From positions 21,390,266-21,454,265 of the forward strand of contig NC_068985.1 of the NCBI RefSeq assembly GCF_001194135.2: a stretch of DNA of 64,000 bases. The letters are read 5' to 3'. This document shows, in pieces, positions 1 through 11,857 of the stretch (position 1 is its first letter; each line of letters begins with the position of its first letter). Source of the DNA: Octopus bimaculoides. Its lineage: Eukaryota. Made by a program: the position numbers and the translations under genes. The notes under the pieces are model-generated. The model saw nothing but the letters and a program-made list of their open reading frames with translations, made no database searches and was not told where the DNA came from.

Positions 1-430
1 CTGATTCCAATATTGCAATGGTACTCTGCGACTGCATTCAATAAACATCATACTCAAACTGCAGGTATTTTCCGGATATGCTACTTGGGTTTTATTTGAA
101 TACAAGGAATGTGACTCTCACAAGTGATCTTTTTTTGTTTGGGGACAAATATTTACCAACCCTGTTCATATAGGGATAAAACATTTCCAACAAAACTGCG
201 ATCCCTTTGTAAATATTATCTCTGACTCACTTTACTTCAGCTTGCCTTGGGTCTCTAACTGTATTAACTTCCCAACACTAACTTAACATTCTTCAACTGA
301 CATTTAATGCAAAATGTATCCTGTAAAGCCGTTGCCCTTGTCAAAGTCTATTTGTCCTGTCTTTTGTCATAAATCAATTGTGAAATTGATTTGTTCAAGA
401 AAATGGAGTTTTTTTTTGTTTTTTTTTCAG

Positions 431-633
431 AATGAACTATTTCTACTGGTTACTGATCAAGGTTTCTTGAATGAATGCAATGTGGTTTGGGAAACATTGT
501 CCAGTGTTGAAGGAGACTGTTATTTTGTTGACACATCATTCCACACTTATACCAAGCCTGATTCTGCATCTTCCACCACTGCTGTCACACCTCCACTTGT
601 GCCAATAGGCTCTGATCAACAAATTGACCAAGA
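431..633 (+). CDS. MINDY2: MINDY exon: end of catalytic domain
   Basis: ttttcag acceptor; NELFLLVTDQGFL...QQIDQ; GA|GTAAGT donor. Confidence 0.95.
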
Positions 634-3600
634 GTAAGTTCTTCTTTTTCTTCTCCTTCAGTAAATTTATTCTGGTCAAGCATTGCAGGAAAGGAGACAC
701 ACTTCTAGACTTCAGCAAACAACAATGGAAACTGACTTTACTAAGTTGTTAGAAAGTTTGTTTGTTTGTTATTTTTTGCTTTTTTTTTTACTTACTATTG
801 AACTACACTTTCATATTTTTGTTTAAACTATCTTCAAGCATTAGAAATTAACTATTTAAAAGAAAAATCTGGGAATCTGCTTAATAAACAAAATATGCTA
901 GTTATATTCAAGTTTGTTCACCTGGTAAATTTGAATTTAGTTTTGGCACTTTGAGATAATGAATTGATAATTCATCAAGTAAGGATAGTTAAATTGAATT
1001 TTCATTGTCTCTTTTTCAGTATTTTTGTAGATATTTTGTTCAGTAGCTATGATACAGTGGTAAATTTTTAGCTATTATAATTATAATAAAATGGTAAGAT
1101 GTAATTTTTTTCAAAGCTTCTTATATCCTCTTACAAAGTTTGTCAAATATTTGTATAAATTGCTCAACAATTTCTAACAAAACTATATCTTTCAATGCCA
1201 GTTTTCATGTCACATATATTAAACATTTGTCAGAATTCACAAGTTTAAATATGTGAAAAGAATCTTTAAAGAAAGGCAATTTTTTCATTAACTTCTGAAT
1301 CCAACTAAGTTCATTTGATAATGCTTCCACAAATTATAGGGATCTACTGAGCCAGTGCTCAGCTCCATACAAAGTGCTAGCATATAACCAAATAACTTTA
1401 CTGGAAAAACCTAACACTTAGCTAATTTCTTTCCTAATCACCACATTTAGCCTAACTGTGGATATTTGTAATGTTGAAAACATTGGAAATTATGGAACCC
1501 ATGTTTTTATTATTTAAATATGTGATCATTGCTCTTTATACTTAAACTATCAAATAACTTGTAGTTAACAGTTATTTCTATCACCTTTGAGGTATTAGAA
1601 GTAGGGGCAAGAGGTTTGTAATTAGAAATATCAAAGAGCTTGCTTGTCTTGGAATAGAGCACATAGATCAGGACAGATTCCTCTTGCAAGAAAGACTTGA
1701 ATTTTATGAGAACAGAAACTATTATATAAAATAATCACTTTATTATGTAAAATAGAGAGGATTTTTAGTTCAATCTCCCTGTGTAATATGCTAGGCAAGA
1801 GTCTCCTATTATAGTCACAAGCTTGCCACTGCCTTGTGAGTGGAATTGGTAGATGGAAACTGTATGGAAGCCTGTCATGTGTGAATGTTGGTATTCTATG
1901 CTGCTGTTTGTCACTGCCTGAGTGAAACAACTTTGATTCTTTGTTGACAATGTCTCATCATTCTGCTTGTTCAAAGACCAGTGGAGTAAAAAAATGTCCT
2001 CTACTTGAAAAAACAGGTAAGAGCTGGTGACAGGATCAGCCATCAATTGTAAAATACTGCCTCAAATTAGTCTCCTTTTAGCAAAAGGACATTAAAATGA
2101 ATGGAAGGTATATTATATTGTCAAAATTAGTCACCTATTTAAAACAAAGAGGTTTTTTTTTTCCTTTTGAATTGCATGGTACATATAAGCGAGACAAGCG
2201 GAGTGGGGAAATGGTTGTTTAGTAGGTATTGTATATGTGGAGATAGAGACAAAAATAAAAAAAAAATGTGATGGTTTGCAGACATGCTAACTTTAAACAA
2301 TTTCATTAAGGAGTGGCAGTGATCAGATATAACTTTTTCTTTGTTTCCTGTATAATAAGAATACCCGTCATATTCATTTGCAACAAGAGAGGATTTAATA
2401 CAGAACTTTAAACTCCTACTTCACTAATAATACATTGTGTTTTCACCTTTAAATAGGACATCTGAAGTTTGATCAAACATTATTATGAAATTAGCTTCTT
2501 GACAGAATTTAATATATATCACACATCCAACCTGATTGGTTCCTGCAAAAATTAAGTGAAAATCTCTCATGCTGCTACTTGTATATTTTTATTAAATGGA
2601 TGTTTTTATACTCAAAAACAAATTTTTCTTCCTGGCTTTCTAACATTAAGCAGTTCTATTCATGATTATCTGGTTACTGTTATGTATTAATGTTGCTATA
2701 TTTCACAACAGCAATAATTCACAATTGTACAGCATTGTATTACCATCTGTAAACTGGTGTAATTAACCAGTGTGTTTCCAGAAACTTATCTGACATTTTT
2801 GTATGTCTCAATTACTACATCTGACATTTGCTGCGTCTTAATTTGTAGATTTAACCTTAATCCTTATATGAGTGTTGATACATTTTAAATTTTCAGGCGT
2901 AGGAGTGGCTGTGTGGCAAGTAGCTTGCTTACCAACCACATGGTCCCGGGTTCAGTCCCACTGCGTGGCATCTTGGGCAAGTGTCTTCTACTATAGCCTC
3001 GGGCCGACCAAAGCTTTGTGAGTGGATTTGGTAGACGGAACCTGAAAGAAGCCTGTCGTATATATGTATATATATATGTATGTGTGTATGTGTTTGTATG
3101 TCTGTGTTTGTCCCCCCAACATCGCTTGACAACCGATGCTGGTGTGTTTATGTCCCTGTAACTTAGCGGTTCGGCAAAAGAGACCGAAAGAATAAGTACT
3201 AGGCTTCCAAAGAATAAGTCCTGGGGTCGATTTGCTCGACTAAAGGCGGTGCTCCAGCATGGCCACAGTCAAAAGACTGAAACAAGTAAAAGAGTATTGC
3301 ATCACTTCAACTAATACTTGTTTAGAAATTCACCATTTTCAGTATCCCAGTTTATAAAAAGATGATTGCAATATATTGAATATTGCAAAATAATTCCAAA
3401 AGAAATATTTGTAATAAGGTTGAATTAAGAGTTGTATTGGTTATTGCTGTTTAAACTCAGATCATCCTTGAGCAAACAGACCTATGATCAGAAGTGTTCT
3501 AATCCTAACTTTTCTCTCTTAGTATATCAAGAACAACATTATTCAATGTGTACTTCCCTTTTGAAAATGGTACTGTGTGCTATCCTCATTGGCTTGTGAT

Positions 3601-6600
3601 GCAGTGGTTTTGCAACATTCAAAGTTGCCATTTTAAATTGCCACAGCAAGCTACCGCAGATGTTATGTCATTTTTCACAGATATTTAAAATATTTATTTG
3701 AATAAAATCTCAGACATTTTTATTGAAATGTTAATCTCTGCTACCATAATTATTAGCTGTCCATCAACAGTACCAATGGATTTCAAAACGAAAGGTGCAT
3801 TTAGAATGGTTAAGAAGGAAATTATCCAATGTTGTTTGTTGTTTAGCCCCAGGCCAGTTCCAGTTGAATAGGTCCAGATCAACTGTTTATGCTTCTTGTT
3901 TTTTTTTTTGTTTTGTTTTTTTTTCATTATTAAAGCATACTGTATTGAAGATTACACTATCCTGGATACACAGTCAGATGTGACTTCAGAGAGATTTACG
4001 TACTATTTCTAGTAGGCTCTGTCTCTATCTCTCTCTCTCAAAATGTTTTTGTATAAGTTCTTTAGTTAGTTTGTATCATTGTCGGTCTGACCATTTTTGA
4101 GCACCATAAACTCTCTCTCAAAGTACTTAATCCTGACAACACATTTGTGTTTTTAATGTGAGCATATCTTTATATTAAAAATAGAACCTTTACTTTAAGA
4201 TATATTCAGATGATTTTTACCTCATACAAAGGGGTGCCCAAAAGTAACTGGAAATGTTCACTGTGGGACAAGCCCATTGTAGTTCAGCCTTCCACTGCTA
4301 GAAGCCACTTGATGTGACCTTCAGGCATCAGTCTGCCAACCAGCAGTGGCAGGTGAGGTCATACTGCCACATGATGCATCTTTGTTTTGCAGTGCTTCTC
4401 CCCTGTTCGTCAATTTTTGTGATGTCTGAAATGGTACCCCCTCGTGTGTGTGTGTGTGTGTGTTTTTATATTTGTGTTTATATTTACATCAGTTATCTAT
4501 GTGGTATCCCTTTGTCCTGTAACTAAACTAAGCAGTCCAACAAATAGACCAATAAAATAAGTACCAAGGTGATATGATCAACTAAATACCCTTAAAGGCA
4601 ATGCCCCTGCATGGCTTTTTTTTCTGTTCCTTTCTTGCATTTACTCAGTTCCGGTATTATGGTGTGAATGCACCTTTCTTGGGCCCTTCACATAACTGAA
4701 TCTAAGAAAGAATGGAAGAAGAGAAATTTACTTTGGCAAATTATGTTGAATGATCCCAAAGGAATAAAAGACAAAGTTGCCTTCAGTCATATTTGAACTC
4801 TGAACACAGATGGTCAGAACAAGTACTACAAGTCTTTCTCTCTGCCAATTCTTCATTTGCTTTTGTGGTTGTAGTCCAATGACTGAGAAACTATCAAAGA
4901 ATAAAAGACATAGAGAAATTTGTAATTATCTCTTTATTTATCTATCTTGAGAGGGTGGTGTAAACAAACATCGGAATAGCTTCTACAGCACAACTACTAA
5001 TTAACAGTCATCTAACTGATGACATCATAGAAAGACATGCAAGATTATCAAAAGACAAAATATAACAAATGCTATATAAATGAAAGGAGCAGGTTTATTT
5101 TAAAATTTTTGTTGCAAGGCTGAGGGAAAGGGGTACAGTCAAATTCATGCAAATGGTAAAGAACAAAAAATAATAATAAAAGCAGGATCTGCTGTTTGCT
5201 AGTAAAACACATACAAATAATTATACAACATTATTCAAATAATTAAATTTACAAAAACCTTCTCACCTATGCTAGAACAGAAAAATAGATAATAATGAAA
5301 AAAAGCTTGATAGACCAACATCCTCTTATTCAAGAATAAACATGCAAACATTGAATAAGCTTCAAGCCAATGAGTCACCTTACTGTTTATTTATATGTAT
5401 GTAAATACACACACACACAAATATACATACATGCAAGCATAAACACACTCATACACATTTACTTTTATTTGGAACTTTTTCACACTATTTATTTCTTATA
5501 CGTAAGGCCACAGGTTTATAGAAAAGAAAATGGGAGTGTATGATATTCCTGCCTTTTTTCAAGAGCATTTGTAAATAAAGTCAGTATGCTTCCAGCCAAG
5601 AAATAGGACTGACTTTGATTCAGTTCAAGAGCTTACTACTTATTTTATAGTTCTTCTCACTACGAAGTTTCTCACAATATTAATATTTGACTTGAACTAA
5701 TGTCTCCAACCTTCATGTAGACCAATAAAATAAGTACTGTTCCTGTCTTGTTCCCCAGTATAGAGCATGTACCTTATTACTTCAGCTATTCAGAATGTCC
5801 AAGTTCTTCAACAGCCGGTGATTAACTAGGTTAAAAAATTGATAACCAAAACTACCTTTGTATGTAAATAACATGATTCTTTAGTAAAGAGAAAGTCACT
5901 GCATAGTCACCTTACCTGGCAAGCTGACAGAAACGTTAGCGTGCCGGGTGAAATGCTGTTACGTTCTGAGTTCAAATTCCGCCGAGGTTGACTTTGCCTT
6001 TCATCCTTTTGAGGTTGATACAAGTATCTCCCTTTTAGTAACTGAACAGATTGTGTGAATTTTTTAAAGGTAGGATGAGGTACATATTTTGTTTCTGCAT
6101 ATAAACAATATTGAAAGTAGTTTAATTCAATGTGTATTTTCTTGAACATACAGACAGATAACTTATAGTAATAATCTTATTTCTGAATTTTATTTTAGTT
6201 ATTTGGTTGCATTGTCATTGGACCAAGAACAGAAATTACAGCGAGAAGCGTGGTCGAATCAGACAGGTGGTCCTGGATCTAGTGGTGGTGCTATTTCTGA
6301 AAGTGGAAGTATACTTGATCAAGATCACCATCCACAACTTAGCGAGTGAGTAATTTTCTTGAATTTAAGATACAATTCTAGCCCAGTAAATCATATAAAC
6401 TTGTGATAACTGTAGTTATAAACTTGTTTTCATTTTTAAGATATTTTAGTTCAGAGTAAATCCTCACCACTATATTCTCTGTATTGGAATAATTCAGAAA
6501 AATATGCAGTGAACATATTTCTGTAGATCTCAAATCTATGAGATTTCATTTGTGATGCATGATATTCTTAAGTTTGATCTATTTCATCTCAGATCTAACA

Positions 6601-9600
6601 ATTTGGTTCATAATATCTCATGTTCACAAGAACATAGTTATCTCTCCCGAACATATCAGTCAATGTCTTTGATACCAAATTGTTTTCTTAATTCATTTGT
6701 CTTTAATTTTATCATAATTTACCCTTGCACACTCAATTTCAACTCATTTCTGATTATGGTGTTCTAAAAGAGAAACACTAATATTTTCCAACATATCATG
6801 CTCTCTTCATTATGCTATCGCCATAGTCTCTTGAAATACTAATAATGCTTTCATTGTCATCTAGATATCTCTTGTTTGATTTTTATAAAACTCTTCTCTT
6901 TGGCCTTCATTTCCTCACTTCCTAGGTTTTTATCAGTTTTTATATAATTGTAGTCATGGCCAGTGCCAGTGACATGTGAGTGGCACCTATGCTGGTGACA
7001 TATGAGAGGCACCTGTGCCAGTAATACATAAAGGACACCCAGTACACCCAGTATGGAGTAGTTGATATTAGGAAGGGCATCTAGCCATAGAAATCAAGCC
7101 AAAACAGACTGGAGTCTGGTGTAGCTCTCTGGCTTACCAGCTGCAATCAAACTGTCTTACCCATGCCAGCATGGAACATGGATGCTAAATGATGATGAGG
7201 ATGACCACTTCTTTTGTTAAGTTTAGACCTTCACTTCTAAGGCAGTAATTATATGACTTTTGCTTTTCTGTCTGTCCCCACTCTGACAACCTTCTTTTAT
7301 CCCTTTTTTTCATCCCCTTTTTATCCTTGTTTTATCAGATTTATTTTCTCATGACATTGTACCTGTTACATAACCTCCAGACTTTTCACCACTCTTATCT
7401 TATTACTATTTTTTTTTCTATTATCCAGTTTTTATTTTTGTCTTTGTCAATGTTTTTCTTTTACTAAATACCACATTCTTCTTACCTTCCTTTTCACCTC
7501 ACACTTGAACCTGCCTCCTCTTCTTCCCCTCCATACAATACAATTACCCCTACACACCTTCCTCTCATATACCCACATGTCCCCAGATACCACACACACT
7601 CCCCATACTTCCACACACCTTCCCCTATGCCCATCTCTATAGTGATTCATGCAGACACCATGCTACCTCCTCCTCCCTTCCTAACTTCCCTTCCCAATAG
7701 AACTCCATTCCCACCTGACCCCTTTCTCCCTTTACTTTTTTAATTTTTTGTCTTACCACTTTTTCTCATTCTTTCTATTTTTCTTGCCATTTTTTTCATT
7801 CCTTTTTTTTTCTTTTCTATTTTTCTTCTGATGAAAGACTATAATCCAAAATGTCAAGACTTTTTCCCTTCATTTTAAGCATTAAACTAATACGACATTT
7901 ATTAAAACTTGTTCCTCCCTTGTTATCTTCTTTTTGTACTCATTGTCTGGTGTATATTTCTTCTGTCTCTGTAGAAATCTTACTGACAACCTTATCTCCT
8001 TACTTCCTATATGTAATAGAAGTTGAAAGTATTTATAATGATGATGATCATCATCATCATCATCATCATTTAACATCTGTTTTCCAGACTGGCATGAGTT
8101 GGGTCAAGAGGTTTCTCATAGTTACATTTGCCATTGTGACAACGTTAACAGTTTGTTTATGATATCATCTTCAGAGAAATATTCTATATCCATTTCATTA
8201 TGATCAGCATATTCAAAACTGTCTGCAAGTATAAACAAAGAATTCACTTTGACAACATTAGCTGCTGCAGAAGTCCTTTTATCATTGTCTTCATCTGCTA
8301 CCTGATCCTCACCTAGCAATGAGGTCTGCCCTGCTTTTGGAGATACCTGGTAGCTCTTGTGTGTGTGTGTGTGTGTGTATGTATGTGTGTGTGTGTACAT
8401 TTGTTAAACTGAAGAAGCTGTGATTATTTTTTTGATGTGTTGTAAATGTAAGCTATATACCTGGTCCAACCACATAAATACATGTGACATCTTCCACTCT
8501 TTATAATAAGGCAATCACCTACTAACAGATATAAATTGCCAGAAAGAAACTATGATCTCTTCATCATCCAAAGCAACGTGGCCATTATTTTTCCCAAATC
8601 GATAGTTTATGAATAACTTGTGATCATCACTCATCATTCATTTATTCATTATTCTCAACCTTTCCTCTTACATCTATATATGAGTAAGACCAGTTTTCCC
8701 CAGCACCAGCTCTGTTAATTATCATCTATACAGAAATGTGCAGTATGTAATTGGTGCAGAGATTTTAAGATAAATCTTTACTCCATGCCCACCACTACTT
8801 TGTACTAGAGGCCTGAACAGTATAGGTGTTAAATCAGTGAAAACTACTTAGATATTTGTTGATATACATCTGTGTATAACTTCCTACATTTATGTTTGAG
8901 AAATGTTTCATTTTTGTATCTTCAAAATTTATATTAAATATTTTGAAACTTTTTTTTTTTTTCTTTTATGTACCGTTTGATTGGATCAGTCTTGAACTTG
9001 CCAAGAAATTACAAGATGAAGAGGATCAGCGTGCCAGTGCTGCTGCAGCTGCTGCATCAAACAGGAGATCAAGAACTGGTGCAGGGTCTTGCAATACATC
9101 TTTACCATCATCTTCAGCGGGGATGAGACGTCAAAGAGAGAGAGAGAAGGACAAAGAAAGTGTGAGGATCTTTTATTATTCATTGGTGGGGAAGAGTGCA
9201 TATGTTTTAGGATGTGTGCAATAAACTATAAGTTACTGAAGTGTGTCTATACAATCAAACTTTGTATAGCATCTGAAGTCCACAGAAGGTGTCACAACCA
9301 GTCATTTGAAAGTAATAGTACATGTATCCTTGTTTATCATTAGTGTTTGGTTCCCAAAAAAGCATGATAAATGAACATATAGAAAAAAATAGGTTTCATT
9401 CTGAGACACCAAGTTGTACTGAGCATCGATGGTCACTAGGGCATGCTTTTGCAATCCAAGCAGAATCTTTGACTAATCACTAATCTGTATTATCACAGAT
9501 CAGTTTGTGATAAGTGTAACACAGATTGCAATTAAGCATACCATGTCATCTCTGATCAGTGGTGAGTGAAGAAGTAACAAGGATAGATGTTATTAAAACT

Positions 9601-10193
9601 GAATAATTTGGAATTTTTGTTAATTTGAATGTTTTCTAGCCCAATGCAGTTACATTTCAGAACAGTGACTAAGATCAGTCTCAGAGTGGAAGTGAGCCTC
9701 TAAAACGTTTGTGAACTTAATCTTAACTTCAGTTTACATAGGCTGATGTAAAAATATATTTCAAGATAATGGCAGTCAAAAAGTATATAATCCTTTCTAC
9801 TATAGGCACAAGGCCTGAAATTTGGAGGAGTGGGATAATCGATTACCAGTGTTTTACTGGTACTTAATTTATCAACCCTGAAAGGATGAAAAGCAAAGTT
9901 GACCTCGGCAGACTTTGAACTCACAACGTTGCAACAGGCGAAATACCGCTAAACATTTCATCCAGCATGCTAACAATTCTGCCAGCTCACTGCCTTTCAA
10001 AAAATATATAATAATAAAATAGAATAAAATGTTAAAGATGAGCTAACCAGTCAATATGTATTCTAATGTTTGCAGTTTTTGTTTTCTGATTAAAAATTGT
10101 GGATAACTTTGGTAAATTTTATCCAAGTCAATAATTTTAATACTAAATATCATTTTACTTTTTTTTTTTTTTTTTCAGTGTACCATTTTATGA
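431..10193 (+). CDS. MINDY2: MINDY1/2 (FAM63)-type deubiquitinase, 3' part (4 coding exons; 5' end outside window)
   Basis: Join 431-633, 6199-6345, 8990-9161, 10179-10193 (537 nt, GT-AG, phases 2/2/0) reads NELFLLVTDQGFLNECNVVWETLSSVEGD...QQIDQDYLVALSL...SDLELAKKLQDEED...REKDKESCTIL*. This matches my recollection of human MINDY1/2 (LLVTDQGFL, QIDQDYL, DLELAKKLQEEED, terminal CaaX). Whether it is closer to MINDY1 or MINDY2 is not resolved; it may be a single invertebrate ortholog. Confidence 0.93.
2895..3294 (+). mobile_element. tRNA-derived SINE, family A (octopus type), full length
   Basis: Head AGGCGTAGGAGTGGCTGTGTGG...GGTTCAGTCCC, internal (TA/TG)n, tail GACTGAAACAAGTAAAAGAG; near-identical to 28575-28960. 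Confidence 0.9.
4224..4440 (+). mobile_element. Possible mariner 5' end fragment
   Basis: TACAAAGGGGTGCCCAAAAGTAACTGGAA resembles a mariner TIR; no partner TIR seen. Confidence 0.4.
5915..6025 (+). mobile_element. SINE family B fragment
   Basis: Shares TTCTGAGTTCAAATTCCGCCGAGGTTGACTTTGCCTTTCATCC core. Confidence 0.8.
6199..6345 (+). CDS. MINDY2: MINDY exon: first MIU-like motif and linker
   Basis: ttttag acceptor; (D)YLVALSLDQEQKLQ...HPQLS; GA|GTGAGT donor; 147 nt, phase 2-2. Confidence 0.92.
8990..9161 (+). CDS. MINDY2: MINDY exon: second MIU-like motif and basic tail
   Basis: cag acceptor; (D)LELAKKLQDEEDQRASAAAAAAS...REKDKES; GTGAGG donor at 9162. Confidence 0.92.
9220..9225 (+). promoter_or_regulatory. 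Candidate intronic polyadenylation signal (AATAAA) in MINDY last intron
   Basis: AATAAA overlaps the TAA (9222-9224) that ends the reading frame running through the 9162 donor. Confidence 0.35.
9790..9987 (-). mobile_element. SINE family B, inverted copy in MINDY last intron
   Basis: Reverse complement of family B head and core. Confidence 0.8.
10179..10193 (+). CDS. MINDY2: MINDY terminal coding exon encoding only the CaaX box (CTIL*)
   Basis: Long poly-T tract plus cag, then TGT ACC ATT TTA TGA, in phase with the 9161 donor; human MINDY1/2 also end in C-x-x-L. Confidence 0.85.
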   Translation, partial: CTIL

Positions 10194-11804
10194 AGAAAGT
10201 CCAGTTCAGTAACAACATTTTGACAAAGTTATACTAATCTTTTCTAGCCTTCAATATGCTTTAAACAATATTAAGTGGATTTGGTGAAAATTCAGTTACT
10301 GAAGTGTGTCTATACAATCAAACTTTGTATGGTATCTGAAGTCCACAGAAGGTGTCACAACCAGCCAAAGTGCATACATTGTTTATATTTAATTTTCATG
10401 ATAATAAGTATAGATGTTAAAAAGAAAAATAACAACATTAAATGGCCTTTTTCATTTTTACAAATATGGTTGAGATATTGTGCGGTTGAAGTGACAGGCC
10501 TGGAAAATACAGCAACCTCACAGTTGTTTCATTGTTAAATTGCCTCAAGAGCTACTATTTTCACCACATAAAGATTACATAAAAGCAAAAGATTTCAAAT
10601 TAAAATATTACTAAAATTTATGACAAGATGACAACAATCTTGTTAATTTTTTTTTTTTTTTTTTTAATAAACTTTACCTTCTAGTTGATTCTGTGTTGCT
10701 GTTAAAAATATGAAATTCAATNNNNNNNNNNTTTTTTTTTTTTTTTTTTTTTTTTTTTTTGTAGAAGAATTTAAATGTTAGTAAATACTTTTATTGAGGG
10801 CTCCTGTTATATTTATATGAAATTTATCCAAAGCTAATATTTTATCAGGTTCTTTGCCCAGCCCTTCACATCACCCTTCCATTCCAACCAAGGAAGATTT
10901 TTTTTTTCTTAATTTTATTTAATTTTCCTATATAACCACGTTGCTCTTTATAGGGTCAAGTATTTAAATTTTTGAATTTTTATTTTGCTCACTAAATTAA
11001 ATCACCAATTGGTAAGTTTTTTTTTTTTTTTAACAAGATAAACAGTAATGATTTTTAGAATAGTACTAACATTAATTTACCACGATTTGGTTTCATGTTA
11101 TTCAGTTACCTATATAACAGCTTCAGCTCCTGTTGTTAAAAATTTAAATATCTTCCAAGTTACTGCTCAACTAATTTAGTTTCTTTCATGGAAAGAAGAC
11201 AAAAGTTGTTGATGTAAAAATAAAATATTATTGATATTATTATTATTATTATTATTATTATAATCACCATCATCATTTATTTTTTTTTGTGATTATTTGG
11301 TACTAATTTAAGAAACAAATTGAAAAATTGATTTTGTAAATGTTGAATTAGAAAATCATAAGAAATTTTGACTTGCTCTTCATTGTTGCTTTCTAAAAAC
11401 TGGCTTATACTCCTTATTTCATTAATGGTTGAAATTCATCCTAGACAGTCTGTGAGGAATAGCCTATATATTCTAGTTCTGTGTCTGTTTAGTTACTACC
11501 TAGTGCACTCTTCAGTTTTCTAGAAACTTGAGTCTTGTTTACTCCTCTGCTGTTATTTGTAGTAGCTATAGTAATAAGACTTGATAGATCCGTCTGTGTG
11601 AATGGTAAATGGTTATAATACATAGCAAATTAAAGCCTCTTCTCTTTGCGTTTATTTGCTGACGTTCAAAGTGTTCTTTCTTCTTTAACATTTTCGATAT
11701 TCTAACGTTTACTTATTGTAGTAAAGATTATTTTTACTAAACAAAAAAAAAAATGTTATTTTTAACGTGCCTCCTATTGTCAAACCCAATTTCCTGGTGC
11801 ATGT

Positions 11805-11857
<53 letters not shown>

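Noticed and set aside
2895-2975. tRNA-like sequence
   Set aside because: It is the tRNA-derived head of a multi-copy SINE; no complete cloverleaf.
8122-8400. Acidic 92-aa minus-strand ORF in a MINDY intron
   Set aside because: Starts in a (CA)n repeat, has no recognisable family motif or splice structure.
10275-10538. 87-aa ORF in the MINDY 3'UTR sharing LLKCVYTIKLC..SEVHRRCHNQ with ORF 9089-9343
   Set aside because: The shared peptide only reflects the 71-nt duplication; weak acceptor and no homology support.
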